A DNA stretch of 64,000 bases from Spizellomyces punctatus DAOM BR117. Lineage: Eukaryota. Below, in pieces: positions 41,765 through 51,465 of this stretch (positions are counted from its first letter, which is position 1; every line of letters begins with the position of its first letter). The DNA lies in assembly GCA_000182565.2 (NCBI GenBank), contig KQ257465.1; one strand, given 5' to 3'. The notes beneath the pieces are model-generated. The model saw only the letters and a list, made by a program, of their open reading frames with translations. It did not search any database and had not been told where the DNA came from. The position numbers were made by a program, and so were the translations under genes.

Positions 41765-42273
41765 TAAGTTTTGCGCATCCATGGGCGAAGGGCGACGGGT
41801 TCGGTTCTACTTGGGATGGATTGCATTATGTGATCGGCTAGAATCATGTAGAACATCTGTATGCATATAGGTATCATTTGTTTTAGCGAATTTTTTGCAT
41901 AGTTTGGCTGTGACGGCGAGTGGCCTGGAGACAAAAATAGGATTGTATCATTTGTTGCAGCTTTTTTTGCATACTTCGCAACCCGGCCTTTATCAACTTT
42001 GTGACATGTTGTATCAGGCCGATAGTGAATCTTGATCATCTGCTAAACGTCCTCCATGAAACACAATCACAGTCTTTGACGAGCTTACGGTTCGTGTGCC
42101 GGTGACAAGGTCCCCTGTAGGTCTTTCACGGATGCTTCCCCAAACCCATAGACGTCACGTCAAAGTCTCAATGAGCACCATCGCCAACCCAGTTGGCGTC
42201 AACAAGGAACTGTAACATCCGCAGCAGCCAGCGCAAAGACATTACCAAAGGACCACGGACCGCGACCGCAGTC

Positions 42274-42963
42274 ATGGCAAAGCTGACATATATACCAACC
42301 TATAATTTTGTTGCGCATCTTTGCGATGACGATAAATGTGAATCTCGTTCCCGCAGTTGTCCGTTGAAACAAAATATCTGAGGGTTAGACTGCGTGGCTA
42401 ACTGAACCTATACTGTCCATATCCGTCCTTTTTGGCGACAACGAAAACGTGATTGCACCGGATTCAAGCACTCCTCACTATCAGACCCTTGCGCAAAAAT
42501 GGAAGGAGCAGCAGTTTGTGCGGGTAGCCCGCTTACCATCATCGACCGTACAAACCCGAGAAGAATAGAAATACTTCTTGCACACCCAAAATGTGAACAG
42601 GGCCTTAGAGTTGTGCTGTTGCACATCCAACAGTGCAAGCAAAAGATTATACAGCTCTACACTTTATCCTGCTGAAGTGAGAAAATTATCGCACAGGTCT
42701 GGCCAAAGTGTTGTATTGTCCAAGCTCTATGTCTATGATCAAGACATGGAGCAAGGTACGCTGTCCTGACTTCTCATTTCGGTGCTCAGGAGTTTGCACG
42801 TCAGTTTACCAGAGTCCAGCCATTGGATCGTCGAGAGTGCCTTTTTCATCTCCTCAACCTTACCTCAAATCCAGAGACATAGAACACCTCTACATATAGA
42901 AATTGAAGAGCCCAAGCCGGGTCCACATAGATCAACAGCCTTGAGTGAGTTGGAGACCACTGG
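42274..42963 (+). pseudogene. Probable pseudogene of an unknown protein at the left flank of the island
   Basis: Protein-like frame (...QTLAQKWKEQQFVRVARL...REE*KYFLHTQNV...DQDMEQ|EFARQF...) with in-frame stops and GT-AG splice signals. Confidence 0.35.
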
Positions 42964-43062
42964 GTATGTCAAGCCCACCTACTATATTGGATTCCTTCAT
43001 CAATAAGCATACAGTGCATTATGATACCTACCTTATGCAAACGCTAAATATCGGCTGCCTTG

Positions 43063-43194
43063 AATCCGTAGCTCTTTCATATCATCCAAACGGTATCAAT
43101 GCTGCTATTGCTTCGCAAAAAATGTATTCCTTTGAGTTGTTAGCGGGAGCAGCACTTCAGCTTATCATGAACAGTCCCCGAGGCGTCCAACCGC
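43063..43194 (-). pseudogene. Degenerate fragment of the nuclease gene (end of exon 2 fused to part of exon 3)
   Basis: Reads RLDASGT...TTQRNT.F...AI.A.I then LDD.ERAT with frameshifts, matching 48525-48420 and 48290-48262. Confidence 0.7.
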
Positions 43195-43482
43195 CTATGT
43201 TGTTGAGCGTGAGCTTGACTAGTATTATGAATGCCGACACAGGGAGAGAGAGCATTTCTGGTGTACCAAAAGAACGCCTTATCAGGAGCTCTAGGAAGTG
43301 GGGAACACCGCGCTGCCTCCTCTATTGCATGGAATTGGTTCCATGCAATACTTTGGTACATACAGCATACCAGCCAGGTGAAACTGCCGATTCGTTGACA
43401 CGTTATGCCTACGCATAAGGTGCGCCCATGATCCAACAGCAATGGTCCCTCTCTAACTGTGTTTTCGGATCAAAGGACATTG
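43195..43482 (-). repeat. Structured intron family, copy A (donor end lost)
   Basis: Aligns with copies B and C; retains the CTCAC branch site and TAG acceptor at 43195. Confidence 0.8.
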
Positions 43483-43544
43483 TACTTGTTGGAAGGAGCA
43501 TCCGAGAAGATCGCTTGAGTTACTAAATCTCGTATTCCCGTCGT

Positions 43545-43873
43545 CTATATGAGCAGGCAGAGATATGGCGCGAGTTTGACCAGCATTATGGAAACTGATA
43601 CAGAGAGAGAGAGAGCACTTTCTGATGCACCAAAAGAACGCCTCTTCAGGGGTTCTAGGATGTGGGGAAACCTCGCTGCATCCTCTATACATGGAACCAA
43701 TTCCATGTATACTGGCGCCCCAGCATACCAGCCAGCACAAGCCTAGCGGGCACCGCGGACCGAGCTTGACACGTTATGCACATGCATAAGGTGCGCCCAC
43801 TCCAACAGCAATGGTCTCTCTCTCCCTGTGTGAGTATCGGATCCAGGGATACTGAAGCAAACCCCCGCCTTAC
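43545..43873 (-). repeat. Structured intron family, copy B (329 nt)
   Basis: Starts GTAAGGCGGGGGTTTG, ends CATATAG; internal hairpins shared with the other copies. Confidence 0.85.
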
Positions 43874-43952
43874 CGGTCAACTCAACAGCGAGGAACGATG
43901 GCGACAAGAGAAAGTGGGCGACGCGCGGTGGGTAAAGAGATTTGAGGTATGA

Positions 43953-44322
43953 CTACATGCAGAGAAACAGCGTGAGTTTGACCAGTATTACGTATACTGA
44001 CACAGAGCGAGAGAGAGAGCATTCTCTGGTGCACCAAAAGAACGCCTTATCAGGGGCTCTAGGAAGTGGGGAACACCGCGCTGCAACCTCTATTGGATGG
44101 AATTGGTTCCATGCAATACTTTGGTACCTCCAGAATACCGGCCAGCACAATGCTAGCGGGCAGCCGCCGACTGAGCACGAACAGGGCAATCTGGAACTGC
44201 CGAGTTCGCTTGACACGTTATGCATATGCATAAGGCGCGCCCAAAATCAAACAGCAATGGTCTCTCTCTCTCTGTGTGTGTTTGTATCGGATCCAAGCAT
44301 ACTGAAGCAAACCCCGCCTTAC
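43953..44322 (-). repeat. Structured intron family, copy C (370 nt)
   Basis: GTAAGGCGGGGTTTG...CAAACTCACGC...CATGTAG. Confidence 0.85.
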
Positions 44323-44381
44323 CGGTCAACTCATACAGCGAAGGGACGATGGCGCGGTAGGTAAAGAGATTTGAGGTATGA

Positions 44382-44743
44382 CTACATGCAGAAAAAAACA
44401 GCGTGAGTTTGACCAGTATCAATGCGCACGGTGAGAGAGAGAGAGCACATCTCTTGAATTACAGAAGAACCGCCTTTTCAGGGGGCCTAGGATGTGGGGA
44501 GGTTCACCGCGAGTGCATCCTGTATCCACGGAACGAATTCCATGGATACTCTGCGACCAGAGAACACCGGCCAGCATAGGCTAGCGAGCGCTGGGGACTA
44601 AGCACATTGCCGGGCAATATGAAACTGCCGAGGTTCGCTTGACGCGTTATGCATAGGCATAAGGCTCGCTTGACCTTCAGGTAATGGTCTCTCTCTCTCT
44701 GCGTGTACCAGATCCAAGAACACTAGAGCAAACTCCGCCTTAC
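44382..44743 (-). repeat. Structured intron family, copy D (362 nt), near-identical to copy E
   Basis: GTAAGGCGGAGTTTG...CAAACTCACGC...CATGTAG. Confidence 0.85.
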
Positions 44744-44817
44744 CTTAATCGTGCAGCGATGTGACGATGGCCAGGAAATCGGAAAGAGATGCTGGAGGGG
44801 AAAAAGCAAGAGACGCG

Positions 44818-45215
44818 CTTTTATAACCCACGCGCGCAAGGGGTAGAAGTTCGGACACGTGAGACTCTGCTCCGTCCGATGACACCCAACACTTGTTTTT
44901 GCATATACTCGGCTGTGATAAATATATTCCAAATTGACAATCCAGAAATGAATGGACTGCATGGCAGCAGAGAGGAATCAACCAAAACACCCACTGGACA
45001 ATGTGCAGAGAAGCTCTGCTCACTGCGAATGATGCCAAAAAACACAACACACAACGTCCACTAGACAAATGTGCAGAGAAGCTCTGCTCAAAAGTCGAAT
45101 GGTGCCAAATAAATGCAACACACTACACCCGCTCGATAATTTGCAGAGAAACTCTGCTTATAGTCGAATGATGCCGATACCGCAGGCTGGACCATGTGCA
45201 GAGAAACTCTGCTCC
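44818..45215. promoter_or_regulatory. Putative divergent promoter: minus-strand TATAAAAG plus four GCAGAG-AAR-CTCTGC palindromic repeats
   Basis: TATA at 44818-44825 (minus); palindromes at 45005, 45073, 45143 and 45198 in units of about 55-70 bp; homologous block at 49610-49830. Confidence 0.5.
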
Positions 45216-45482
45216 CAGTTCAGCGCAATTTGACCACGTTCATGTTTGCGAATGATGCTGAAGAAGTGTGCACACGAATATTGTAAACAAAGTAGAATCA
45301 GTTTGACAGCAAGCCATATGCATGTCCAACCACATCTCCGCTATCAAACCCCCTCGGATGTTCTCAAGCCCCTTGGGCTTGGGATGGATGATGATCGCCG
45401 ATATAGCACCCCGTAAATCTACCAACTATTTAGGCTTCCGTCTGGCTGAGAGGAACTCTCAACCATTGCAGTAATAGCAGTA

Positions 45483-46475
45483 ATGAATTTCCACCTATTC
45501 TACGAGGAAGACGGCTGTGAAAATGGTTTTGTTTGCCGCTCCGACGGCAACATTTTAGTAGCCACAAACGACAACGAAATAACAATTACCCTGGGAGAAG
45601 AAAAGCCTCCTAACCTAGGCCCCTCATCCAGCATTCATGATTTGGTCGCAGAGAAACTCTGCGACCAACCAACCAAAAGAACTGCCAAGGAGATTGAAGA
45701 GGATCTTGACGCCAGGAGGAGAGAACTGACCATCGCTCGCGAACAGCGTGATTTTGGGAACGCAAAATTCCTTCACTTCGAAAAAATCCCGCAGTTGCAA
45801 GAGGAACTCTTGCAAGTTCTTGGGACGAATAGGACGGAAGATCGCAGAGAACCCTCTGCGCCAGTCCTTTCAGCCGAGGAGGACTTTATTGCCCTGCCCA
45901 GCGACGATGAAGAAGTAAATTTCTCGTGCGCAAAAAAGGCGAAACGTTACTGGGCTGTGCCCGCGAAGAAAGCCAGAGTGGAGAAAATGAGCGTCGACAA
46001 CGAGGATCTTAGGATCCAGCTCTCGTCAGCAGGGACCAGCTCACAGCATGCTCTCGAGGCGGTTCAGCAAAGAAAGCCGAGAAAGGGAACCCGGGACCGT
46101 TACCACTGTAAAGTCGATCTGTACATCAACGGCAAACTGTGGAAACGCGATTGTGTTTTTGTGATCGTTACCAAGCAGGGCTCAGAAAGATCCACGGTCT
46201 CTGTTCAATACGATCTGTCTGAAGAGCTTCCTCTTCAAACAACACGGCCCAGATACATCATTTACCATGACAGGACGTATATATCGTTCGACGATACCCG
46301 TCCTCCCCACGCAATCACCTTCAGCAGTGCTACCGGGTTCTTTGACTGGTACCACAATGAAGATTTTCGCGGCTTTGCATTCCAGTACGCGGGCAACATC
46401 AATGAGATACTCATTGCTGACGTGGAAGGCAAAGATTCGTTGGCAATAATGTATGAGGCCCTACACCGGCTGTGA
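45483..46475 (+). CDS. Intronless 330-aa island partner protein (coiled coil, basic NLS-like patch, beta-rich C-terminal domain)
   Basis: Intact ORF with a diverged, scrambled paralog at 49982-50880. Segment ELTIAREQRDFGNAKFLHFEKIPQLQEEL resembles a ClpB/Hsp104 M-domain or UVR-type helix; basic patch KKAKR...KKAR. Confidence 0.8.
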   Translation: MNFHLFYEEDGCENGFVCRSDGNILVATNDNEITITLGEEKPPNLGPSSSIHDLVAEKLCDQPTKRTAKEIEEDLDARRRELTIAREQRDFGNAKFLHFEKIPQLQEELLQVLGTNRTEDRREPSAPVLSAEEDFIALPSDDEEVNFSCAKKAKRYWAVPAKKARVEKMSVDNEDLRIQLSSAGTSSQHALEAVQQRKPRKGTRDRYHCKVDLYINGKLWKRDCVFVIVTKQGSERSTVSVQYDLSEELPLQTTRPRYIIYHDRTYISFDDTRPPHAITFSSATGFFDWYHNEDFRGFAFQYAGNINEILIADVEGKDSLAIMYEALHRL

Positions 46476-46729
46476 TCGGAGAGTATCTCTCCGTGGAAGC
46501 AGATGGCAGGCAAGTAACGATCATATGCAACATCAATGAGTTCCTCATTGTGATGCAACAGACTAGGTGATATACCTCGGTTGACTTGCAAGAAATATGC
46601 TCTCAGTGCAAAAGAATGATTGCAAGAAGATAGGATATGTAATGTAAAATAAAACAACAATCTTTTGCGACACCGTCTCTTGAGTTTACAAAGCACGCTA
46701 TTCGGAAGAGAATCTCTTCCGGACAGGAG

Positions 46730-49468
46730 CTAACGGACCTTCTTCTTTGGTGTAGCACCAGCGAGCGGTGCTGACGCGCGAGACCAGGTTTTAGGTCGAT
46801 CTGTGCTGTTCTTCACCAGAGGTCGCGGCTTTACGCCATGAGCACCGCCTCTGGACCAAATGCTGGCCCTTCGCTGCTTCTTGCCGAATGTAGATACAAG
46901 ACGGCGTGCAGCTGTTTGTAAATCTGCCTGTAAGGATGCAGCATTTCCGGCGAGGGCCTACAGACTATGCATAAGCCACGCTGTTGCAGCAAGCACAGAA
47001 ATCGCCAACAGTACCTCAAAGAGCAAAAAGTTCTCAGCCATGTCCAAGATGGAGAGGATCTCTCCATTCATGCCTGCAGAATCAACCGCGGCCCACTCTG
47101 CAAATGCGTAGAGCTCATCGCATACAACGAACATGCAGAAAAAGCGAACGGTGTAGTCTCGGATAACGTGGAATGGTACAGCAATCTGAGCAAATCCGTG
47201 TTTGAGCTCCTTGGACGGCGCGATGTTCTGTGCTTCCAGATGCACACACGTCTTCTTGACCAAGGATCGAATTTGTGCTATTGCACACTATCGAAAGTTC
47301 AAATGTCAGAGATAACTATTTAGGCTTCCATTTGGCTGAGAGGAACTCTCAACCATTGCAGTAATAGCAGTGATGAACTTCGACAGATGCCCCAAAGAGA
47401 TTCTCTTTGGGGTGTCCGACATTGAATAATGAAAGTAAAACTTGATAGTACCTTGGTCGCCGCAATGAAGTCTCCATCACGTTTGTCACGGGAAGATTTG
47501 TAGCCGAAATTCTCACCCACCCCAATTTCATCAGTACCCAGAAAGTAGTCGAAATCAACCTTCTTTCCGCCGCTGGTAGTGGATTGTCGTCTTTTCTTGT
47601 CCTCGTCATCGGCGCGCGAACATCCTTCACCACTGGCGAGAGCAGGTGAGCACAGTCAGTATCGATGATATGTCAATTGCGGTGTCATTACTTACTAACG
47701 TACTCCTGCGTTCGGCAATTTGGCAAAAGGGACAACATAGTAGATGTCAATGGTCCTCTCCGTGGGGTTCTGTGGACAGTTCGCAATGTCGGCGCTGAGG
47801 TAGCAGCAGGGTTAATGGCATCAAAGGTGAGAGAAGCTCTCACTGAAACTGAGATACCATTCAACCAATTTTCTGCAGATCCAGATAGTCATCTCGTCGT
47901 CCTTATCCATCTGCCTGGCGTCATTTTCCAACTTGCTCCAAATCTCACGAGTTTCATTGCACTCTTCAGCGGCAGAATCCTCCGATGTTTGAGATGTATG
48001 GTCTTCGTCGTCTTCAGAGAGTATCCTCTCTGTGAGGTTCCGAAGAGACCGCTTCAGTAAGTCAATGAGACCTGCAGTACCATGGACCATTATGGTTCTC
48101 GCGAGAACAGAGACATCTCTGTTCAGCTCATGACATTCCAGGAGTGTTCGCATCACTGACAACAGCGCCACAGCTGAGGAACTCAGCTTTGCACTAGCGC
48201 GATTCATGATCCGCTCGAATTGACTCACAAGCTGCTGGTGGGTGGTGTAGTCGACAAATTCCGTAGCTCTTTCATTATCATCCAAAGGGTAATCGGGGTC
48301 ATGATCTCGTAAGTCCAGCGCTGACCAGAAGAGAGTACTTACAACTTAAGATTAGACAATGAAGTAATCTTAGGGAAACAGTTTGCAAGTACCTTGTTGC
48401 TTTATGCTCCTTTCGAAAGTTGATCATTGCCGATATCGCCTTCTCAAAAACTGTATTCATCTGCGTTGTAGGTAGTGGGGGTGGTACTTCCACTTCATCA
48501 CGACAAGTGCCCGAGGCGTCCAATCGCAGTGGTCCATGAAGAGCGTTCTCTTCATGTTCGTCCCCCAACTTCCTCTTCAGAAAAGTACCGGACGCGTTCA
48601 AACGCAGTGTTTCATGAAGAGCGTTCTCTTCATGCTCTTTCTCCAACTCTATCTTCTGATATGTACCCAAGGCGTCCATACGCAGTGGTTCATGAAGAGA
48701 GTTCTCTTCGCGTTCTTCGTCGAAGGTCCTCTGCGGATGCGCATGGGCGATATGGACATGTTCATTTGAGCCGCTGACGTTGTTGATGAATTTACCGCGA
48801 CTATGTATGCGATAAGTGGTCATGTCGCGTTTTTTAAGCGTCCGCTGAAGGGACTTATCTAGAGATCTGCAGTATGCCTGCGTGCAGAGAAACAGCGTGA
48901 GTTTGACCAGTATCAATGCGCACGGTGAGAGAGAGAGAGCACATCTCTTAGATGACAGAAGAACCGCCTTTTCAGGGGGCCTAGGATGTGGGGAGGTTCA
49001 CCGCGAGTGCATCCTGTATCCACGGAACGAATTCCATGGATACTCTGCGATCAGAGAACACCGGCCAGCACAAGGCTAGCGAGCGCTGGGGACGAAGCGC
49101 ATTGCCGGGCAATATGAAACTGCCGGGGTTAGCTTGACGCGTTATGCATGGGCATAAGGCGCGCTTGGTCTACAGATAATGGTCTCTCTCTCTCTGTGCG
49201 TGTATCAGATCCAAGAACACTAGAGCAAACCCCGCCTTACCGGATCAATAATCAGTCGTGCAGCTCTCTCTCGTAAATCTTTGGGAAGAGAATCCTCTTC
49301 CGCGAAGTTCTTGAGTATCTCAAGGACGTCAGAGACAGTTGTTCGGTTCGTAGGAGGAAGTGGGCAATCCAGGAAGAGCGCTTGCACAACAGATTTTGCA
49401 CTCCAGTCGCGTAAGTCGTTAGCGTGAAAGTATTCTTTCAAAAATTCCCGTTGAATTGCGCGGGACAT
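46730..49468 (-). CDS. 7-exon, 657-aa putative PD-(D/E)xK (CR-REase-like) nuclease
   Basis: Exons 49468-49241, 48877-48393, 48337-47858, 47794-47696, 47632-47452, 47287-47015 and 46957-46730 splice in phase through GT-AG introns with no internal stop. Motifs ALDL, TERTIDIYYVVPF, YGEGCSRAD, GKKVDF...EIGVGE...DKRDGD and a C-terminal TPKKKVR. Confidence 0.8.
48500..48725 (-). repeat. Three tandem 78-bp (26-aa) coding repeats in nuclease exon 2
   Basis: EExEENxLHxxLRxxAxGT unit three times; each carries a GAAGAG-N4-CTCTTC palindrome (48535, 48613, 48691). Confidence 0.9.
48878..49240 (-). repeat. Structured intron family, copy E (363 nt), the first coding-region intron of the nuclease gene
   Basis: Removal joins IIDP to AYCRS in phase 0, which supports the repeat being a spliced intron. 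Confidence 0.9.
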
Positions 49469-49488
49469 GGGCTAACGGAGATATGTGA

Positions 49489-49576
49489 CTACACGCAGAG
49501 ATAGAGCGTGAGTTTGACCAGCATTTGGCAGAGAGAGATTCTCTCTCTGTGTGTGTGTAGGAAAACCCTGCCTTAC
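49489..49576 (-). repeat. Structured intron family, short copy F (88 nt) in the nuclease 5' UTR
   Basis: Same GTAAGGC start and CAAACTCACGC...GTAG end; the ~270-nt middle is replaced by a 3-nt loop in CAGAGAGAG-AAT-CTCTCTCTG. Confidence 0.8.
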
Positions 49577-49981
49577 CTCCACTACATGCAGCGAAGCGAC
49601 GATGGTGGAGGTTATGACCTACGCGCGTAAGGGGTAAGTTCGGACACGTGAGACTCCGCTCCGTCCGATGACACCCCAACACATGTTTTGCATAACCAAG
49701 TTGACAATCTAGATATAAATGCAGAGTTTCTCTGCATATGGTCCAGCTTGCGGTATTGGCATCATTCAACTGTGAGCAGAGCTTCTCTGCGCATTGTCCA
49801 GCGGGTGGGTGTTGTGTGTAGCATTTATTTGCCGTCATTGGACTGTACAGTACAGTACAACTATATCGACTATTTCATCGGACAGATAACGGGAACATAG
49901 CAGAAACACTTGTCCGATCAAAAACTCGATACTGGTTGTAATGGGGAGTACCCCGCTGATGTAACACCCCGTAACTCTACT

Positions 49982-50880
49982 AACTATTTAGGCTTCCATC
50001 TGGTGAGAGGAACTCTCAACCATTGCAGTAAATTTTCATCTCTATTTCGAGAATGAAGGCGTTGTTCTCCCAGCGTGATTGTTACTTCGGTGTCCGTTGT
50101 CGCCACTAAAATGTTGCCGTCTGTGCGGCACACGAATCCGTACAGCCTCGCAACCAAGGCCCTGTACACCGAGTATCGTCGATTTGATCGGAGAGAAACT
50201 CTCGGAAGAAGAATGCCCGCAAGGAAAGCAAACCAAAAGAACTGCAGCGGACATCGAATAGGATCTTCACGCATCATACTGAATAGAGACCGTCGATCTC
50301 TCTGAGCCCTTCTTGGTAACTATCACAAAAACAGAAGCATGTTTCCAGATTTACATGATTGACAACGAATCTTTGCCTTCCACGTCAGCAATGAGTATCT
50401 CATTGATGTCGCCGGGGTACTCCAAGGCAAAGCCGCGAAAATCTACGTTATGATACCAATCTACTGAATGTGATGGCGTGCGGAGGACGGGTATCGTCGA
50501 ACGATATATACGTCCTGTCAGCGTAGGCCCGGTTCAATAATGTATGAGGCGCTACACCGGCTGTGATTGGAGAGTATCTCTCCATGGATTGCAGGCAAGT
50601 AAAGATCATATGCAACATCAATGAGTTCCTCATTGCTGATGCAACAGACTAGGTGGCACGGATATACATCGGTTGACTTGCAAAAAATGTGCTCTCAGTG
50701 AAGTTCCCGAAGTTACGGATCTATTTTGCCGACTTCCCTTAGCTACATTGTTCTATAAATTAGAGGCTGTTCACCTTGGAGACCTGCTGCGGTTATGAGT
50801 ACGACTAGGTGTGAAGATAGGATAGTGAAATGTAAAATAAAGCAATAATCTTCTACACCGGTTCTTGAGTTTCCAAGGCA
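49982..50880 (+). pseudogene. Scrambled pseudogene of the 330-aa partner gene
   Basis: Leader is direct (49982-50030), N-terminal GFVCRTDGNILVAT is inverted (about 50040-50140), EKL...TKRTA is direct (about 50190-50265), C-terminal pieces are inverted (about 50290-50520), and MYEALHRL* plus 3' flank are direct (from 50537). Confidence 0.85.
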
Positions 50881-50914
50881 TGCTATTCGGGAGAGAATCT
50901 CTTCCCGACAGGAT

Positions 50915-51377
50915 CTAACGGACCTTGTTCTTTGGTGTAGCACCTCGCTGCATCCTCTAAACATGGAACCAATTGCAACATACTTTGGCACCCCAGCATA
51001 TCGGCCAGCACAAGGATCGCGGGCACACGAAGAGGGCAATTGGAAACTGCCGAGGTCGCTTGAGGCGTTGTGCAGATGCACAAGGTGCGCCCACTCCAAC
51101 AGCAATGGTCTCCTACAATCTATGTGTGTATCAGATAAGGACACTGAAGCAAACCCCGCCTTACTTCACAAACAGCCAGTCCCGCAGCTTTCTGTCGCCG
51201 CTCTATTGAAAGAGAGGTCGCTTTCTCATGGTCCTTGAGCACCTCAAGGATTTCTGGGACACTGTAGATCTTGAGAGGACCCTCCGATAACATCACTTTA
51301 GCTACAGTTCTCATATCCCAGGCGTCTAAATGAGCAGTACAAAAGTAGTCTTTTAGAAAGCTGTTAAGGGATGACAT
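50915..51377 (-). pseudogene. Internally deleted nuclease paralog (exon 1, half of intron copy G, and the last few codons)
   Basis: MSSLNSFLKDYF...W..R.VA..L is paralogous to MSRAIQREFLKEYF...W..K.VV..L. Intron G starts at 51164 and is fused at an ACC microhomology (50942-50944) to ...ATPKNKVR*. Confidence 0.8.
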
Positions 51378-51465
51378 GCGAACAGGACAACGATGGAGAG
51401 GAGAGAAAGGGCAAGACGCATAAAATATATTCCAAATTGACAGCCTAGAAATGAATCAACTATAA

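Noticed and set aside
43610..43650. CUGAAGA...GAAA in intron copy B suggesting a hammerhead ribozyme
   Set aside because: Stem II does not abut GAAA and the motif is not conserved in copies C, D or E.
43195..44743. CRISPR array
   Set aside because: Units are ~350-nt introns with related, not unique, spacers; no cas genes; eukaryotic context.
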